A DNA stretch of 61,548 nt, the filler included, from Rhabdomonas costata (lineage: Eukaryota): NCBI GenBank assembly GCA_019059605.1. It is 17 parts of 17 records of this genome, joined end to end, with 100 filler letters (N's around TTAATTAATTAA, not from the genome) between each part and the next. Parts side by side here need not be neighbours in the genome. Positions count along the whole stretch, not along the records: positions 36,255 to 39,760 come from JAHMHO010000762.1; positions 39,861 to 43,368 come from JAHMHO010000763.1; positions 43,469 to 46,975 come from JAHMHO010000764.1; positions 47,076 to 50,711 come from JAHMHO010000765.1; positions 50,812 to 54,337 come from JAHMHO010000766.1; 12 more parts are not named here. One strand, written 5' to 3'. Made by a program: the position numbers and the translations under genes. Positions 37,475 to 51,679 of this stretch are shown in pieces (positions within the stretch are counted from its first letter, which is position 1; each line of letters begins with the position of its first letter). The notes under the pieces were generated by a model. It searched no databases and was not told the DNA's origin. It worked only from the letters and a program-made list of their open reading frames with translations.

Positions 37475-40400
37475 GTGGGGCTGGAAGCGGGGGTGTGGTA
37501 GGGGCGCAACCTGACTCGGCGGCATTCATTGTACAAAAAAAAAAGCGCCGCTAAAACAAAACCGCCCTCACACAGGAGGGAAAGGAAACTCTCCCGGGAA
37601 AAAGCTGATTGAAGTGGAACAGAGGGCAGGACGAGTTGTAAAACTGCAGGTGGAGATCACATGCGGCAACACACCAATGCTCTCTACTGTGCATGGAGTG
37701 GGGTGGGGGTCCAAGATGGGGGCTGTTGTATTTTTACTGGGGGAGCCGGTTCCGTTCCGGGCTGGCGGGCTGGCTTCCGCCCCTGAACTAAAGTTGTTCC
37801 TGTCTACCCACAAAGGCGCAACTCAGGGGAAAACCCCAATACACCCTGTTCAGTAACAACCCAGGATGCACCTTCTACAATCCATTGCTTTCTTGGGGTT
37901 CGCCATTGGGGTTTCAGACCACCACTCAAGCTCGCTTGACGAAAGACTACACAATTCTTCCGGACGGACCTTGACTTAACTTACATCGGGTCAAAAAGGA
38001 GTAATTCGCACAATGCGACCTCTTGGTGGCAATGCGGTCGTCTGCTTCCCCATCAAACCACCCTCCAGAAAATAACTGCTATAGAAAGAAAAATACCACA
38101 CAAAACGAAAGGCAGGAGGTTCAGGGTTCCGGATCACTCCGAGAATTGTGATGATGGGACACAAGTGCGCTAGTGCGCATAGAAGATGGCAAGTTGATTA
38201 CTAATCCTTTTAGCTCTCCCTCCCTCGCGAACACACACTCATGTATATAATGGACGACACCAGATGGCGCCAAGCAACAATCTTTTGTGCCAGCCAGCGG
38301 TGACGACACCCGAAAGAACCGCACATCGTGCACCGCCTTCTACTGCTGCATGTGATGGGGCAATAGGATTGAGCTGGAGGTATTAACCGGTATTACACGT
38401 TACCGGTACCATTGTTAACCCTTCCGCTGTGGTGGGATAAGAAGCGGTGCAAACAAGGGGTTCAAACTCACACTTAAAGTCTCTCTCTGCAGCCGTACGA
38501 AAGTTGAACGGAGGCGAGGCAATATCGGCAGCCCTTCGAGGCAAAGTACCAGCCCTCTGCTTCCTTTAGAGGCGGCAGGAGGCAGTATCCGTTTTCCACT
38601 TTCTGTCAGAGCCGGTGGGTGAGTATGACAATGGCTAACGGAAGGAACCAAACTGAATGGTGGGGGTAACACCTGTGTTTCGTCTCACGGCCTCAATCTT
38701 CACCCTGACTGCTGACCGGCATCGTGGGGAATAGAATTCAAGTGGAGCCGCAAAAATGGGGCGCGATATGGCTTTTTGAGTCAAAGATTTTACGCATCCC
38801 CGGGCACTCCCCAACTTCCCCTTTTCACCCGATAAAACCGCGCTCGCCATCACACTACGGCATTCCTGCAACGCCCAAGCCCATGGTTTGACAACAGTAA
38901 AAGGGAAACACGTCAACGGACAGAAACAGCGGCAAGGCACAAACAACCAAAATATCAAACAAACCAAACAGACGAAGAAACAAAGGAAACCAAATTCGAG
39001 GCAAGGCCAAAAAAACCACACCCTCGCCCACGTGTCCAAGTGACACCACAGGTGGGAGGGTACATCCCTTGGGCTAGAAACAGAACAAAACCCGAAAGTC
39101 CAAACAAAAAAAGGGCAGAAGAAATGTGGGGGATCGCGGGCGCAGGCGGGGAGCGATCGAGGATCGAGCGGCAGAATGAGCAAAATGCGCCGCGAGACGC
39201 CACACACAAAAGCGGGGCCGCACAGAGCTGTGTGCAACTGTGCGTGAGCGAAAGTTTCCCAGTTAGGCCAGGTAATTGAAAACGTTGACGCTGCTTTCAT
39301 CTCTCACTAGGTATTCCCTGTGACGGAACAAGCACAATCAGTATAGTAAGACAAGGAAAATCAGGAGGAATCAAGGAAACCGGAAGGAAGGTCATATCCC
39401 CCTCACTGCCCTATTTCTGGAATGACCCCTGTCAATTGGTGCTGGTCCGCAGAGGGGGATAGACGGGTGCTGCTGGAAGAACCCCCCGAAAGAATAGGAA
39501 ACAGGAATCAAAGTATAAAAACACAGACAGGACGCAAGGAAACGGAATACTCTCTCCGACATGAGTTTATGATTCCGCCAGAGAGGAGGCTCTATTGAAA
39601 CCTGCAACACAGGAAACATCCTGGAAACAACCCCAATACCTAACCGGGGGCATTGCCCCCCCCCTCGTAGTCTTTTGCTTTTCGGGGAGACGCGCTTCGC
39701 CCTCTGATCCCCTGAGTCTTCTACCCAGGGTGAACTTCTGCAGACACCCAACCAGAAACTNNNNNNNNNNNNNNNNNNNNNNNNNNNNNNNNNNNNNNNN
39801 NNNNTTAATTAATTAANNNNNNNNNNNNNNNNNNNNNNNNNNNNNNNNNNNNNNNNNNNNCCTATCTTCTCTATTATGAGCAAGTAAAAGTGCGAATCGT
39901 TGTGGTGGTGATGTGTGTGGCATCAGACCGGAATGTAGCGAAGGAAAGGAGGTGGTTGGGGCTCTCTGCTCCAGAGGACTGAGATCGGTGTTTGTTGGGA
40001 GGTGGGCTGGACTGGGAAATCAGGGCTGGCGCCTCTGCGCACTGATTAGGAGGATGAATTCGATGAAGCAGCTACACAGAGCAGCGAAGGACGAAGCAGA
40101 GCAGGATGAGAAATGCTGAACCGGAAGTTCCTTGCAGAGGGCTGGAAAGCCTAGCCAGGGAGAAATTGGGAAGGGGGAGAGGGGAACTGGTTTCTTCCCT
40201 AGAAAAGGAGTCATGATGTATGTTCTAAAAAAGGGGGTGTTTGTGTACGCAGATCCCATGCATGTACGCAGACCCCATTCACCAGGCTTATGCAAATGTG
40301 TACGTTTGTGCAGAGCCCAAGGCTGCGGCCTGGGCGAGTTCTCTCAGAAGCGCTACTCCAGCTAAGCTTGCCGACGACAGCACTGCCAGGGACCCGTCTG

Positions 40401-42626
40401 CGTCAGACCCCCTGAGTTTGCAGGCATAACCCTCCACCTTGGGGAGGAATGATGTTTGTTCCCTTCAGCGAGGTCTCTGGATTGAGGAGCAAAGTCCCTC
40501 CTGATAGCATGTCCATCACGGGAACTCCTGTCGTACCCGTACCTCACCTCCGATTGACTCACTGCCTTGTGCATGTGTGAGTGGGCAGTTGTTAGATCAG
40601 TTGGATAGGTTATTCCATTTCTTCCATTTTTGAAGCTCCGCCTCCGCACTGAAGTGAGCAGAGCAGAGATGTAGCCTGGAGACGACTCTCCATCAACTCG
40701 AACCGGAGTCCAGAAAGGGAGGGTGTGGGGAGGAAGGGTAATGGGGCCTTCCACTTTAAAGAGGTGTGAAGTAAAGAGAAAAGCTGAACATGAATCTTGC
40801 GCCATGGAACAAGCGCAAGCACAAATACCGATACGATATCTCTGAATTTTTTTTTACCGTTCTCTTCACACTTGGTCGATCCCCCTCCCCTGCTCTTTCT
40901 TCAGTTTGCGGAGCTTGTCTTGGGACACCCCCGCTCCGTGCTCGCCGCGCTGAAGGACTCCAGCGTGTACGTCGCTTTGCAAGCCCTTATGGAGGTATCG
41001 AGATCGGGAGGCTTTCAGTGTTGCTGGTGCGTTGTGGACGATGCTTCTTTCCTGACGGTTGTGGGCCTGTGCCACAGCCTCTTGGGAGAAACTTCTGGCC
41101 CATTCCTTCGAGAGAATTCTTGCCGGGCTGCCGCTTGGCGCCCGGAGCATCCACTTTGTTTTTTTCCAGTGCGGGGCATATATCTAATGAGACAGACGCT
41201 TTTTTCAAAGCTATGGGATGGCGGTTCCTTACGGAAAAAAAGTGGTCTAATTTTCCCTCTAGCCGTTGTTTCGCTTTTCCTGCAAATATAGGCTCACCGA
41301 AACCCACGGACGTCTCCATCCCTCAGCCACATTCGGGATAGCCCCGCGCTTTCCAGAAATACCTCCTCTCCGCAGCCTTGGCTCAGCCTCAATGGTAGCC
41401 CCCCCACACACATCTATGAATCCTCCTGCTGTGTTGTGCCTTTTTTTCTTAGTTTCGTGCAGTATGCTGTCTTTGGTGCCACTCTAATGTGCCACTCTAA
41501 TGTTGGCGCAGTGTCGCTGTTGTTGGAGACTCTACGGCTAATTTGGGAAATTCCCTTCGGGCACCAGCCACATATCTACAGCCACTCCTGTTCTTATTCC
41601 TGAATCAGTATGAACAGCTGAAGGCTGAAGGGAGTGTGCTTGAATGTGACTCAGAGCCACTGGTGAAATTTTTTCGGCTTTCGTTAGGAATTCTTATTGC
41701 TTTTATTGTGTGGATATGTGACAGCTGAATGCACTGGCCCGTTGTAGGCATCATCGCATGCAAACGTGCAGGGGCCGGGCATGCTTCCCCCCCGAGTGTC
41801 TGCGGCTGGGCCACCGTGGCGGCGCACAGCAGCCCCCCAGCCCTTGCAGTGCTTCAAATGGTGTTCCATCTTCCTTTTTCTAATTGCAAATTTTGGAGTC
41901 CGGCTCTAATTCTGACCATTTGTTTGTCCACGGAATACAAATCCTTTCCCCCATTGTTTATGGCATTCACCTTCTCTGAGCTCGTTTCTGTCTCTACTCT
42001 CTGTATCCGCTTGGTTTACAAGTGCGGTAGATATGCGTGTGGAGCGGGGGGCGGAGAGTGCTGGGAGGGATGCTGATGTATAGCTATAGGTGTCAACCGG
42101 GCTTCTTTGCAGTGTTGTGGGGACTCTGTGGCCCGTGAGCTCCGCACCAACCTCTGCTGTGGATTGTCCCCGAGTCGTATGCGCACGGCGCGCTAGCGCT
42201 GCCCTGCGACACACGCAGACTTTGTTTATAGGGAGCAAGCAGGAAACGTTTACACAACGAGAGCCACACACATCTATCGGAAACTGGATTACTACTCTCT
42301 CGAAATCTGCACAGACTTCTTTGCAAAGGCCACTCGACCTGACCGGTGACGGGTGTTGTAGAAACTTTGTCTGGTTTGTCTGGATTGTCTCTTGAATGAA
42401 GAAATCGACGACGGTATCCCTTCCTCGCCGTTACGGCGGTTTGCATTGCCCGAATCATCCTCGTCTTCGGGCTTTTGAGGGTCACGATTCAAGTCTTCGT
42501 TAAGATGTCAACTTTTATGCCTGACAAGCAGGCCGCTCTCATTCGCTCTCATGAATGGGGATGCAACTGGTTGTCAGTTCCATTATCAAAAGCGTCCATT
42601 GCGGCCACCGACGCATTCTCGCGCAG

Positions 42627-43118
42627 GGTGCTCGCGGGCTGGCGAGGGCGAGTGTAGCAGCGGGGGTTCTGCCCCGCGGTGGCTTTTTGTGTGGGATTTC
42701 GACCGCACTCTGACCCGAACGCACACCGTGGGGCAGCAGCCGGAGGCCCAGCTCACGGCGGAGTACGTCCGCTCCAACCTGGTCGACGAAGAGCTCTTCC
42801 GCCGCGTGGTGCTGGAGGTGGGGTTCCGCTCCTTCCCCCTAAACAAATCTTTTTTTCAGGGTTGCGAGCGAATGACTGAAAGGATGCGGCCCGATGTGAG
42901 GTGCCACTGGCACTGGTGATGAAGCCTGCAGGATGCAAGATTTTCGCCCTCCGAGAATGTGAGCTTTGTTGTTCATTGTGGTGTTATCGGGACAGCACAT
43001 CTTCCGCCCCCCCCAACACACACACACACAAACACGCATCCAACCTTTTGCAGGTCCTCTCCAAGGGTGACTTTGTGAGAATCGCCACCTTTGCCGATTC
43101 CGTGACCCGCGATGATAG
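42627..43118 (+). CDS. HAD-superfamily hydrolase/phosphatase, two exons
   Basis: Exon to 42817 has LFVWDFDRTLT (motif I, DxD). Exon 43054-43118 has FVRIATFAD (motif II). Confidence 0.7.
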
Positions 43119-43638
43119 GTGACTGCCCCAATGCCTTCCGCTTCATTTTTGGTTTTGCTCTCTGAGGCTGTGATTGAGAGATGCTTCTCCCTTTTCTTTT
43201 TATCTCTATTTGGCAGAACATAAGAGGTGGCCCGTGGAGGCCTCATCCTCGCAGAAATCTCCCTGTCTCATCCCCAAATCTCCCTCTCTCGTTGCGCAAC
43301 CTGTGGGATATAACTCAGGGAATACGGGTTAGGCCTCTCGCAGACGTCAAATTCGTACCCCACCCCCCNNNNNNNNNNNNNNNNNNNNNNNNNNNNNNNN
43401 NNNNNNNNNNNNTTAATTAATTAANNNNNNNNNNNNNNNNNNNNNNNNNNNNNNNNNNNNNNNNNNNNTGTTTTTGTCAGAATTGGAGAGAACCGCTTGA
43501 CGGAGAGATGGAATCTCGTGCCCTCCCGTTCTATCAAAAAGTTGCAAACAGTTGCTGCACAATCACGGGTGGAACATACTTACAAGAGACGGTGCTGAAA
43601 GGAAACAGAAAAAGGACGCATCGTTGAGAAGTGCCCAC

Positions 43639-46601
43639 CTGAGGGGAGGAGGCGAGGGCCGACTTTGGTGCCGGCAATGCTGCTCACTTCTACCTCGTCC
43701 TCCATCAAGGTGTCGAGGTTGGACCGCGCGTACAGTGGCTCGAACACTGGTAGCACCTGAGCCTTGCCCGGCACAGTGATGGTTGCGATGTGGCGAAACC
43801 GAAAGGCCTCCTGGGCGCCCTCCTTTGTGTTGCCCGAGACCAGCACCACGGTGCGGAATTTCTGAAACGGGAAACGCATACATATCACTTTGCAGCACGG
43901 GAAATAATTGTCTCGGTTATCATTGCCACAGAGTGTAAGAGGGCTAGTCGGCCGCAGCAAAGCAAGGAGGGATGTTTCCAGCAAGTTTATTAGCCGTTCC
44001 AAAAGGGACGGATGGAGAGCGGAGCAGCGCACTACCATCGTGGCAAAACCGAAATAAAATAGGTGGAAAAACGCTGACAAGGCGTAATTGCGTCCACACC
44101 TACGGAAGGCGCCCGCTCCAGCCAATGGTGAAAAGAACAGGGGAGGAAAAGACGTAATGGGCACACCTTGTTCATAGCTTCCAGGCGACTTGCCAGGTTC
44201 ACCCCGTCACCTGTCGAAAACAGCGTTGTGATGTAAACCGCACAATCTGCAGTATACCCTTCCCAACATCATCTGTTTCCTAGATCTGCAAACGTACTGA
44301 GGCAAACGGACAAGAAGGTTCCAACATCTTAGAGAGACGAAAGGAGTAGCGTGACAAAACAAAAGACCAATTAAAGAATGCACTGCACTAGAACCGCGAG
44401 TTTCAGAAGGGCGCAGGGAGAGGCGAGGACTGGAGGACTGGGTTGCGTACACATCTCCACCCCCACCCAGAACCACTGCCAATCTCACCCGACTGCCCCG
44501 GAAAATATCCAAGGCATCTCGAGAGGTCCCACTACATTTTCACCGCGTCCCCACCACACCTCACAAGCCGTCTTTCATCCCGCCCATTAACGCTTCCCCT
44601 CCCCTCATCTTATCCACCGTACTCATCCGCCAATTCACACCGCCACCGCTTTTTGGGCCTCTGTTGCATAAACAAAACTCCAACACCCCAGATACAAAAC
44701 ACGCTCCATACTCGGCCGTCTTGTCCCATGACTCGAGGTTGCCCCGACCGAGTGAATCGCAACTAAACCTTGTCGAGCAAGCGTACCCCCGCCCCCCACT
44801 AATAAAAAGAAAGAACAGGCCGCACACCCAGACAGGTGTAGTTAATGCGGTGCTCGCAGCCGACATTCCCCACGAGCACAGCGTCGGTGTTGATGCCAAC
44901 TCGCATTCTATGTGGAAGTGAGGAAACTTGTTCACTCTTCACTCTGGCAGGGTACACTTATGCCTCTCACGGAATGCTTCAAGAGAGCCAATTGCTTCCG
45001 TCACATACAAACACAACTACGCACACCGGATCTGAGGCAGGCCCGCCTCGGCCCATTCCGCCCACAACGCGACCAGTCTCCTCTGCATTTCGATTGACGC
45101 CCCAACAGCGGCCGTCTGGTAGTCTTTCACCGAGCGCGGGGCGTTCCAAACTGCCATGATGCAGTCCCCAATGAACTATTTGGTGCATCCCCAGCAACCA
45201 GACGATAGAAAAGAAAGAAAACAAAACAAAGAGGGGGTGAAGAGTGGACGTGTGGCATCGGGCGGGGTGGTACTGTTGCTTTGATTCAGGGAAAGGTCTG
45301 GTGTACGGCAGAAAACCTTTTTATACATTTTTTGGCACAACTTTCACAATTATTTACGGTAAGTTACACCCGGAAACTCAGAAAACGGTATGTGACGGTT
45401 TTCCATTTGAAATCTTTTTAGCCTGTATAAATGCAGTAGAAACGCAGTACAACATACTTTATACTATTACCATTTTGCTTGAACGTGCAAAAAAAAAACG
45501 ACAACGATGACAACACGCTAAAAATCACCAGGAGCACGTTTTCGGGTACCGACCTTTGATACAACTCCTGTATGTGAAAGAACCCGGTAAGGCCCGTGGT
45601 CACGATAAACTTCTCTCCTCGTTGAACCTCGTTGAATTCGACATTATGAGATGACAATCACAACATTTCGAACCAAAACCTTACATGGGTACTCAGACGG
45701 CAGGACTACATTTTTGTGCACTTCTACATAAATAACAATACAAATTCAAAATATTCTAAACAATTGTAAAAACGCGAGAATCCGCGAGCATTGCTAACAC
45801 CAAGAGGCTTCCAAGTAACTTTGTGAATCCGAGAAAAATGCAGCACTGAGGAAAACCGAAACAGATGAAGTTAAACCGGGCTGATGGTAGGCGCTCAAAG
45901 AATACACCTTGTCCAAAGTTCCTCTGGTGTGGACAATCGCTTGGCACATGGACTGAAGGTACCTGGGCGTTCAGAGCAAGCAGTGATGCCACTTGAGTGG
46001 TTCAAAAATCCAGGAAGCGTCACGGCTGACCTCACGACAGCAACCGCACATACCAATAGTTAACAACCATGGCATGTCAAAGAAATGTTTGGAGCAGTTT
46101 CTGCAAACAATATTGCCGCAAACAGTACTTTCGGGCTCGCACACTGTCACCACTGATGATCGGGCAAGGCTAGAATCTTGACACGAGAGGTTACATGAAG
46201 AATAACATGGGGTCACCCTCATTCATCAATTTCGTTTCGATGCAGTGTTTGCCAGAAAGTACAACAGACAGTGGAAAGCAACACTATGCCAGGCTCTGGC
46301 GCGTAACAACGAGAAAACGACGACATGCACCCACACCCCACCTGCCTGAAAACACGGAACGCAGTCAATAAATTACCTAGCCAGGGCGGAGGGCAAAACG
46401 TAACCCGGAACTCCATACTGCGTCATCAGCTGAACAAGTTGCTCAGAATGAATCTCCTCGCACAGCGTCGAGAAAGCCGCAATGTCCGCAAACATGATGC
46501 TGACCACCTTGCGAGCCATGAAGCTGCCCACTTCCATCGATCCCGTCAGCATCATCTTTACGACGTCTCGGGGCACGTACCTCACGAAGGCCTTCAGACC
46601 T
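43639..46601 (-). CDS. Class III adenylyl cyclase catalytic domain, 6 exons
   Basis: GT-AG exons: 46601-46419 (FVRYVP..IMFADIAAFST), 45962-45908 (GTLDK), 45175-45027 (FIGDCIMAVWNAP), 44907-44828 (RVGINT..GNVG..INYTCL), 44210-44167 (GDGVNLASRLE), 43861-43639. Lys/Thr specificity residues indicate ATP as substrate. Confidence 0.93.
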
Positions 46602-47149
46602 CTGAAAAAAAGCCACAGCACTTTGACACGTCAGAGATTCAGAAGAAGAAGAAGAAGAATGTAGGGTACTAAACAGGTTCATGCGCATCACAGGGCAGTT
46701 AGACAATCGGGATAAGCAAGGCAACAGTGACAGTGAATAAATTGGCCTCTGAGAAAAAGTCATTCACCTCAAAGTTTCCAACACACAATCAAGCGACAAA
46801 CGCAACTGCGGCGTGTCAAAGCCCTCCCCGCATTGCTCACATGCCGCATCTCACAGTTTCCGAAAAACAAGCAGCCCACCATCAAACTATCGAAGGATTT
46901 CCAGACGACACACCGCATTACCCACAGGAACCGCCCCTAAAAAAAAGCGATTCCAAACTACACCTCCCACAAACANNNNNNNNNNNNNNNNNNNNNNNNN
47001 NNNNNNNNNNNNNNNNNNNTTAATTAATTAANNNNNNNNNNNNNNNNNNNNNNNNNNNNNNNNNNNNNNNNNNNNCGAAGGCTAGGGAAAGATGCAGGCT
47101 GCGATCAAAGGTTCAACATTTCTCGAGAACGCTGAGCATGGCTGGAGCC

Positions 47150-47194
47150 ATACACGCACACGCACACACGCACGCACGCACACACGCACGCACG

Positions 47195-47246
<52 letters not shown>
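47150..47246 (+). repeat. (CACG)n/(CA)n microsatellite; a second copy at ~47659-47723
   Basis: Visible di- and tetranucleotide repeats. Confidence 0.95.
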
Positions 47247-47248
<2 letters not shown>

Positions 47249-47696
47249 GCACACTGTGTGTGACGTTTTCAGGAAGCCAAGAGAGAAGGCTGAGGATGGG
47301 TTTCCTGCGGAGTCTGCCAAGCTCACTCTCTTAGGGCACCGGGAAACGGTGTCATGCGTGAGATTTCATCCCACCTTCAGGTTTGTTTTGTTCCAGGCTG
47401 GATTGTAGGGCAAAAATTACTTTACGTTACTTTCCCTACATAATGAGTCCATAGTTCATACCAACAATATAGTAGTGGTTTTATTTTTGTTTTCTAGGTT
47501 CCTGTAAGTCTGTAAGTGAGTACTTCATGCTTATATTTTAAAATTTCGCCATCCCTCAGTTATCGCATGTTGGTTAAAATTCCGTCCAATTATCTCGCAC
47601 CTTTCCGAAGTTTCGTTACTGTTTTTTTGCCCGTGTTCCGAGGACGCTTTGCTTCCCGCGCGTGCGTGCGTGCGCGCGCGCACACACACAGACATG

Positions 47697-47727
<31 letters not shown>

Positions 47728-48206
47728 CGAGGGCGGCTTTCATCTTTTTCAGGTCTTGTATAATAACTTTTGGCTCAAATCATCGTTGTCTTCGCAACAT
47801 AAGGTTAGTTCAGAGAAAGGTAATTTGGTTTCGCATGGCACAAGCATATGCTAGATAGCGTTGTCAAGATACCCTGTGAACACTTTGTTGTGTTTTACAC
47901 CTTGAATTTCTTTTTTCGGGACGAAATCTTTGAACGAAAAGTAAGTGTTCAACCATTCATCTCCTCCCGATTTAAAGACTGTCGTGAGGTTAGTCAAAAC
48001 TAACAGCACCCTGTGCAGCGTGCAAAAGAGCATGTTCTGCATCAGCAGTAACCGCAGCTCGCCACCTTACACTTCGCAGCACAAAGGGCTGACCACACAG
48101 TCTCCAAGCTCTGAAAAATCAGTCTTGCCTGCTCATTCACATTCCTTTCATTCTGAACAAATTCTTCGGGAAAAGGTCCTGCTCTGCTCGCATGCCACAC
48201 TTGCAG

Positions 48207-49431
48207 TTTGATCGCGAGCTCGTCCGAGGATTGCACGATTCACGTGTGGGATTTCGAGTCTGGGCAGCACGAGAGCACCCTACGGGGGCACACAGGCATT
48301 GTGAACTTCATCGACTTGAATGAAGCGGGCAATGTTTTGGGTCTGCGCGTTTCTTGATCTTAGTGTCAAGCACTGAAGTTAGTCTCTTGCTGTTCCCTGC
48401 CCTTTCAGCCCTCATTAGAATTTTCTGTGGTGCACCTCACCTCCCACCAGGTCGGCTAATTTTTTAAGATCGTAAAAAAAACGCAAAAAACGTAAAAGAA
48501 TCGTAAAATCTAGTGTTTTGTTTCTTAAAATCCAGGGTTCCCGAAAACCGTAGAAAATTTGGACGTAAAAGATAATGTAGTAGAAATCAACCTTTAGTCT
48601 CGTATGAGGCAGGACGTGGTCAGGAAGGTATTTTTTTGGGTGTTTTGTTTCTTAAAATCCAGGGTTCCCGAAAACCGTAGAAAATTTGGACGTAAAAGAT
48701 AATGTAGTAGAAATCAACCTTTAGTCTCGTATGAGGCAGGACGTGGTCAGGAAGGTATTTTTTTGGTTTTGGCCTGTCCGCTCAATTTCTTGGTAAGTTT
48801 GTTTTCTTCGTGCAAACCTGTTGTACAAATTTCCCGCGTCCTGTGTGGTGCCGCGGCGAATAATTTTGGCTCATGGTATTGCCTTACACCACCGAGTGAA
48901 CTGTGGCCTCCCACACAGCAGCATCCCCACAACCGTGCACCAAAGAACTGCGTAGGCCATGCAATCTGTGATTGACGGACGCAGTGGAACGCTTTTTATC
49001 TATATCACATTTCAGAAGGCAACCGTAAAAGTTAATCCCACACCACAATAGCCTTGAGAACGCAATTTTGAGTCAATTACTTCGCAGCGGGGGCTGCTTT
49101 GGCTTCGCCCTCTTTTACTGTTCTCAGTTTTGAGTCAACTCCGTTATTTTTCTTCGTATTGTTGCCTTCTTGTCGGGTGATTTTGCGACGCAACGCGCGA
49201 ATTCTGACTTGCATGTAAAATATCAGTCTGAACCAGAATCACATCTTCTTGTTCAGCGTCCTGTTCTGCCGACACCACTGTGAAGCTCTGGAGCTTCCCC
49301 TCTGGGCCGTGTACGCGAACGCTGGCAGGACACGACCACACCGTTTCGTGCGTTCGGTTCGTTCCGGCTTCCGAGAAGCTGGTGTCGTGCTCACGTGACC
49401 ACACCCTGAGAATATGGGACTCTCACAGCGG
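48207..49431 (+). CDS. LIS1/PAFAH1B1-like WD40 protein, two exons
   Basis: Exons 48207-48340 ([28 protein letters not shown]) and 49257-49431 ([32 protein letters not shown]), collinear with LIS1 WD repeats 1-3. Confidence 0.8.
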
Positions 49432-50815
49432 GTGCGTGTGTCGTGATCTCCGTCTCTTTGCTGTGTACAAGACGACTCCTTCTTTTCTTACTCCCTTTTT
49501 TGCTGTATTCTGGGAAGACCTGGGTATTACGTTTGTGCAACGGGTGCGGGTCAAATGTGCATGCCCCCTTGCATCTCTTTGCATATGACCCGTCTCACTC
49601 GTTTTTACCCCATTCATTCATTTAACCCATTCGGTTGTTCTTGGGCCTCACTGTTTTCTTTTGCGCGATGAACATTGAACAGTGAACAGTAGCCTTAACC
49701 CATTTTATGACCAAAAATACACCATCGAGCTCTATCTCTCTTGGATCTGACCCTTCCAGTATTGACTCTGTGATTTTGGTGGGCTCCAGGCGGGCGAGAG
49801 CCATTTGCCTGCGCCCACCCACTATCAGCCTGGAAACCCAGTAGACGGGGAAACAGGGGAGAAACAGGGAAGGAATGGACGGAAACTATAGAAGAACAAT
49901 AGAAATTCCGGAGGAATTTTTTTCAAAATGGCCAACCCATTATTGGGGTGGCGTCTCCCTCCGGATCGACTTTTTTGTCTTTTGGTGTCGCCAGTGCTGA
50001 GCAAAACGGTGAGAGCCCAGCACGCCCGCACTAGAGGACACCGCCTTTGGAGACATTCCAGTCGCTTAGTCACTTGCCCTTCCCCCCTCCCCCAGTTTTC
50101 GAGTTGCCGCTGCGGACAGGGACCGTCCTCGACGGGTTCCCCCTCCCTTCTCCAAAGCAGACTTGCGGGAGGCTCGTGCTCTACGTACTACTTCCCCACT
50201 GCACCCTCTGCACCCGTTCTTCTTGCAGCAGCAGAAACGCAGGGACCTTTGCTCTCACATTACTGACAGGGAAGCGCCGGGGACAATACCGCCTCCTAAC
50301 CCGCAAAAGGTGGAGCACAAACGCCGCCTGCTTGAGCGTACGCGCTGCTGAGCCACAACCCTACGAAAACCACATCGACCCCTTGCCAGCATTCACGCTG
50401 AGGCTGGAAAGCAGCTCTCACTGTCGTCAGGGAAAGAAGCGGCACAAGATTTTAGAAAACATAAGGAAAGAGCCACCAAGGGGGCACCGGTCGGAGGGTG
50501 ACCGGCCTACGCAGCGTTTTGGGAGGCCCTCAGAAGTATATTACCCCAATTAATTCTGTCTTGCACCAGCTGCCGTTCTCTTGGCGGTTTTCTCTCACCG
50601 AAAGGACCTGCCGAAGTGCTTTGCTGGCCGAGTGCAGCATTGGTCACTGTGTGTCGTGACACTTAAACGCCCACGACGCACACGCAACTTTTGCAAGTAT
50701 GCGAAAAACCANNNNNNNNNNNNNNNNNNNNNNNNNNNNNNNNNNNNNNNNNNNNTTAATTAATTAANNNNNNNNNNNNNNNNNNNNNNNNNNNNNNNNN
50801 NNNNNNNNNNNTCGT

Positions 50816-51679
50816 TTTGGTGGCAAGCACGGAGCGAAACGACGCCGAAGGCGACACTAAAAGTTGAATTGCAGTAAATCTATTGGAATTTTTCCTCCAA
50901 TTAATATGACAAAAATCGAAATAAAAAGGGGCTTTATGGACAATAATTCTGTATCTCGTGCCCCCTTTCCCCCGCCCGTCAATGCTGGGTCTACTACAAA
51001 CTCCACCCCCCTGCCCCGTGTGGTGAATGTTGGATCGGAAAATAATGAAAGCAGCGTATCCCAGAGGTGTATTTGCTGATTTCGACAATTTTATACGACA
51101 AAAGTCGATTTAAAAAGGGTCTCGCTTGACAGGACCTGTTTCCTATAATGATTACTTACCATAAAGCGTTACGGCAGCAGCGCACAGGGTGTTTCAGGGT
51201 CCGTGAAAATGGCAACCCAATAACTTACACTGGCAACGAAGGAAAAGCGTTTGGTAGAGAAAAAATCTTTGGACTTCAACAGTGCTTTCAAAATATTTCA
51301 CTTCCACCGACCATGGCGCCTGGGCCATATTTTAGGCTCGTTTTTCGGCTGTTTTTGGCCCATTCTTGGCCCATTTTGCTTGTTTTGCCCCATTTTACGG
51401 CATTTTTCACCAAATATTCACCACCCATATGCACCCATTTGGTCAATGTTGGATTGAAAACTATAATGGTAGTATATCCTACCAGGCCCTGAACTTTTTC
51501 GGGCCCCACATTGACCGGGTGGAAAGGGGGTAAGATACATAATACAGAATTATTGTCCATTTTAAGCCCCTTTGTATTTCGAGTTTTATATTAATTGAAA
51601 GCGAAATTCGAATAGATTTACTGCGATTCTTCTTTTGGTGTTGCCTAAGGCCTCGCTTCGCTCCGTGCTGGCCACCAAA
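50816..51679. mobile_element. Non-autonomous element with long (~175 bp) imperfect terminal inverted repeats
   Basis: 50816-~50988 (tttggtggcaagcacggagcgaa...gcagtaaatctatt...atggacaataattctgtat) is an imperfect reverse complement of ~51504-51679. Confidence 0.75.

Noticed and set aside
48513-48766. Exact 127 bp tandem duplication in the LIS1 intron
   Set aside because: The unit equals the apparent k-mer size and this contig is about 127 bp longer than its size-sorted neighbours; an assembly overlap artefact.
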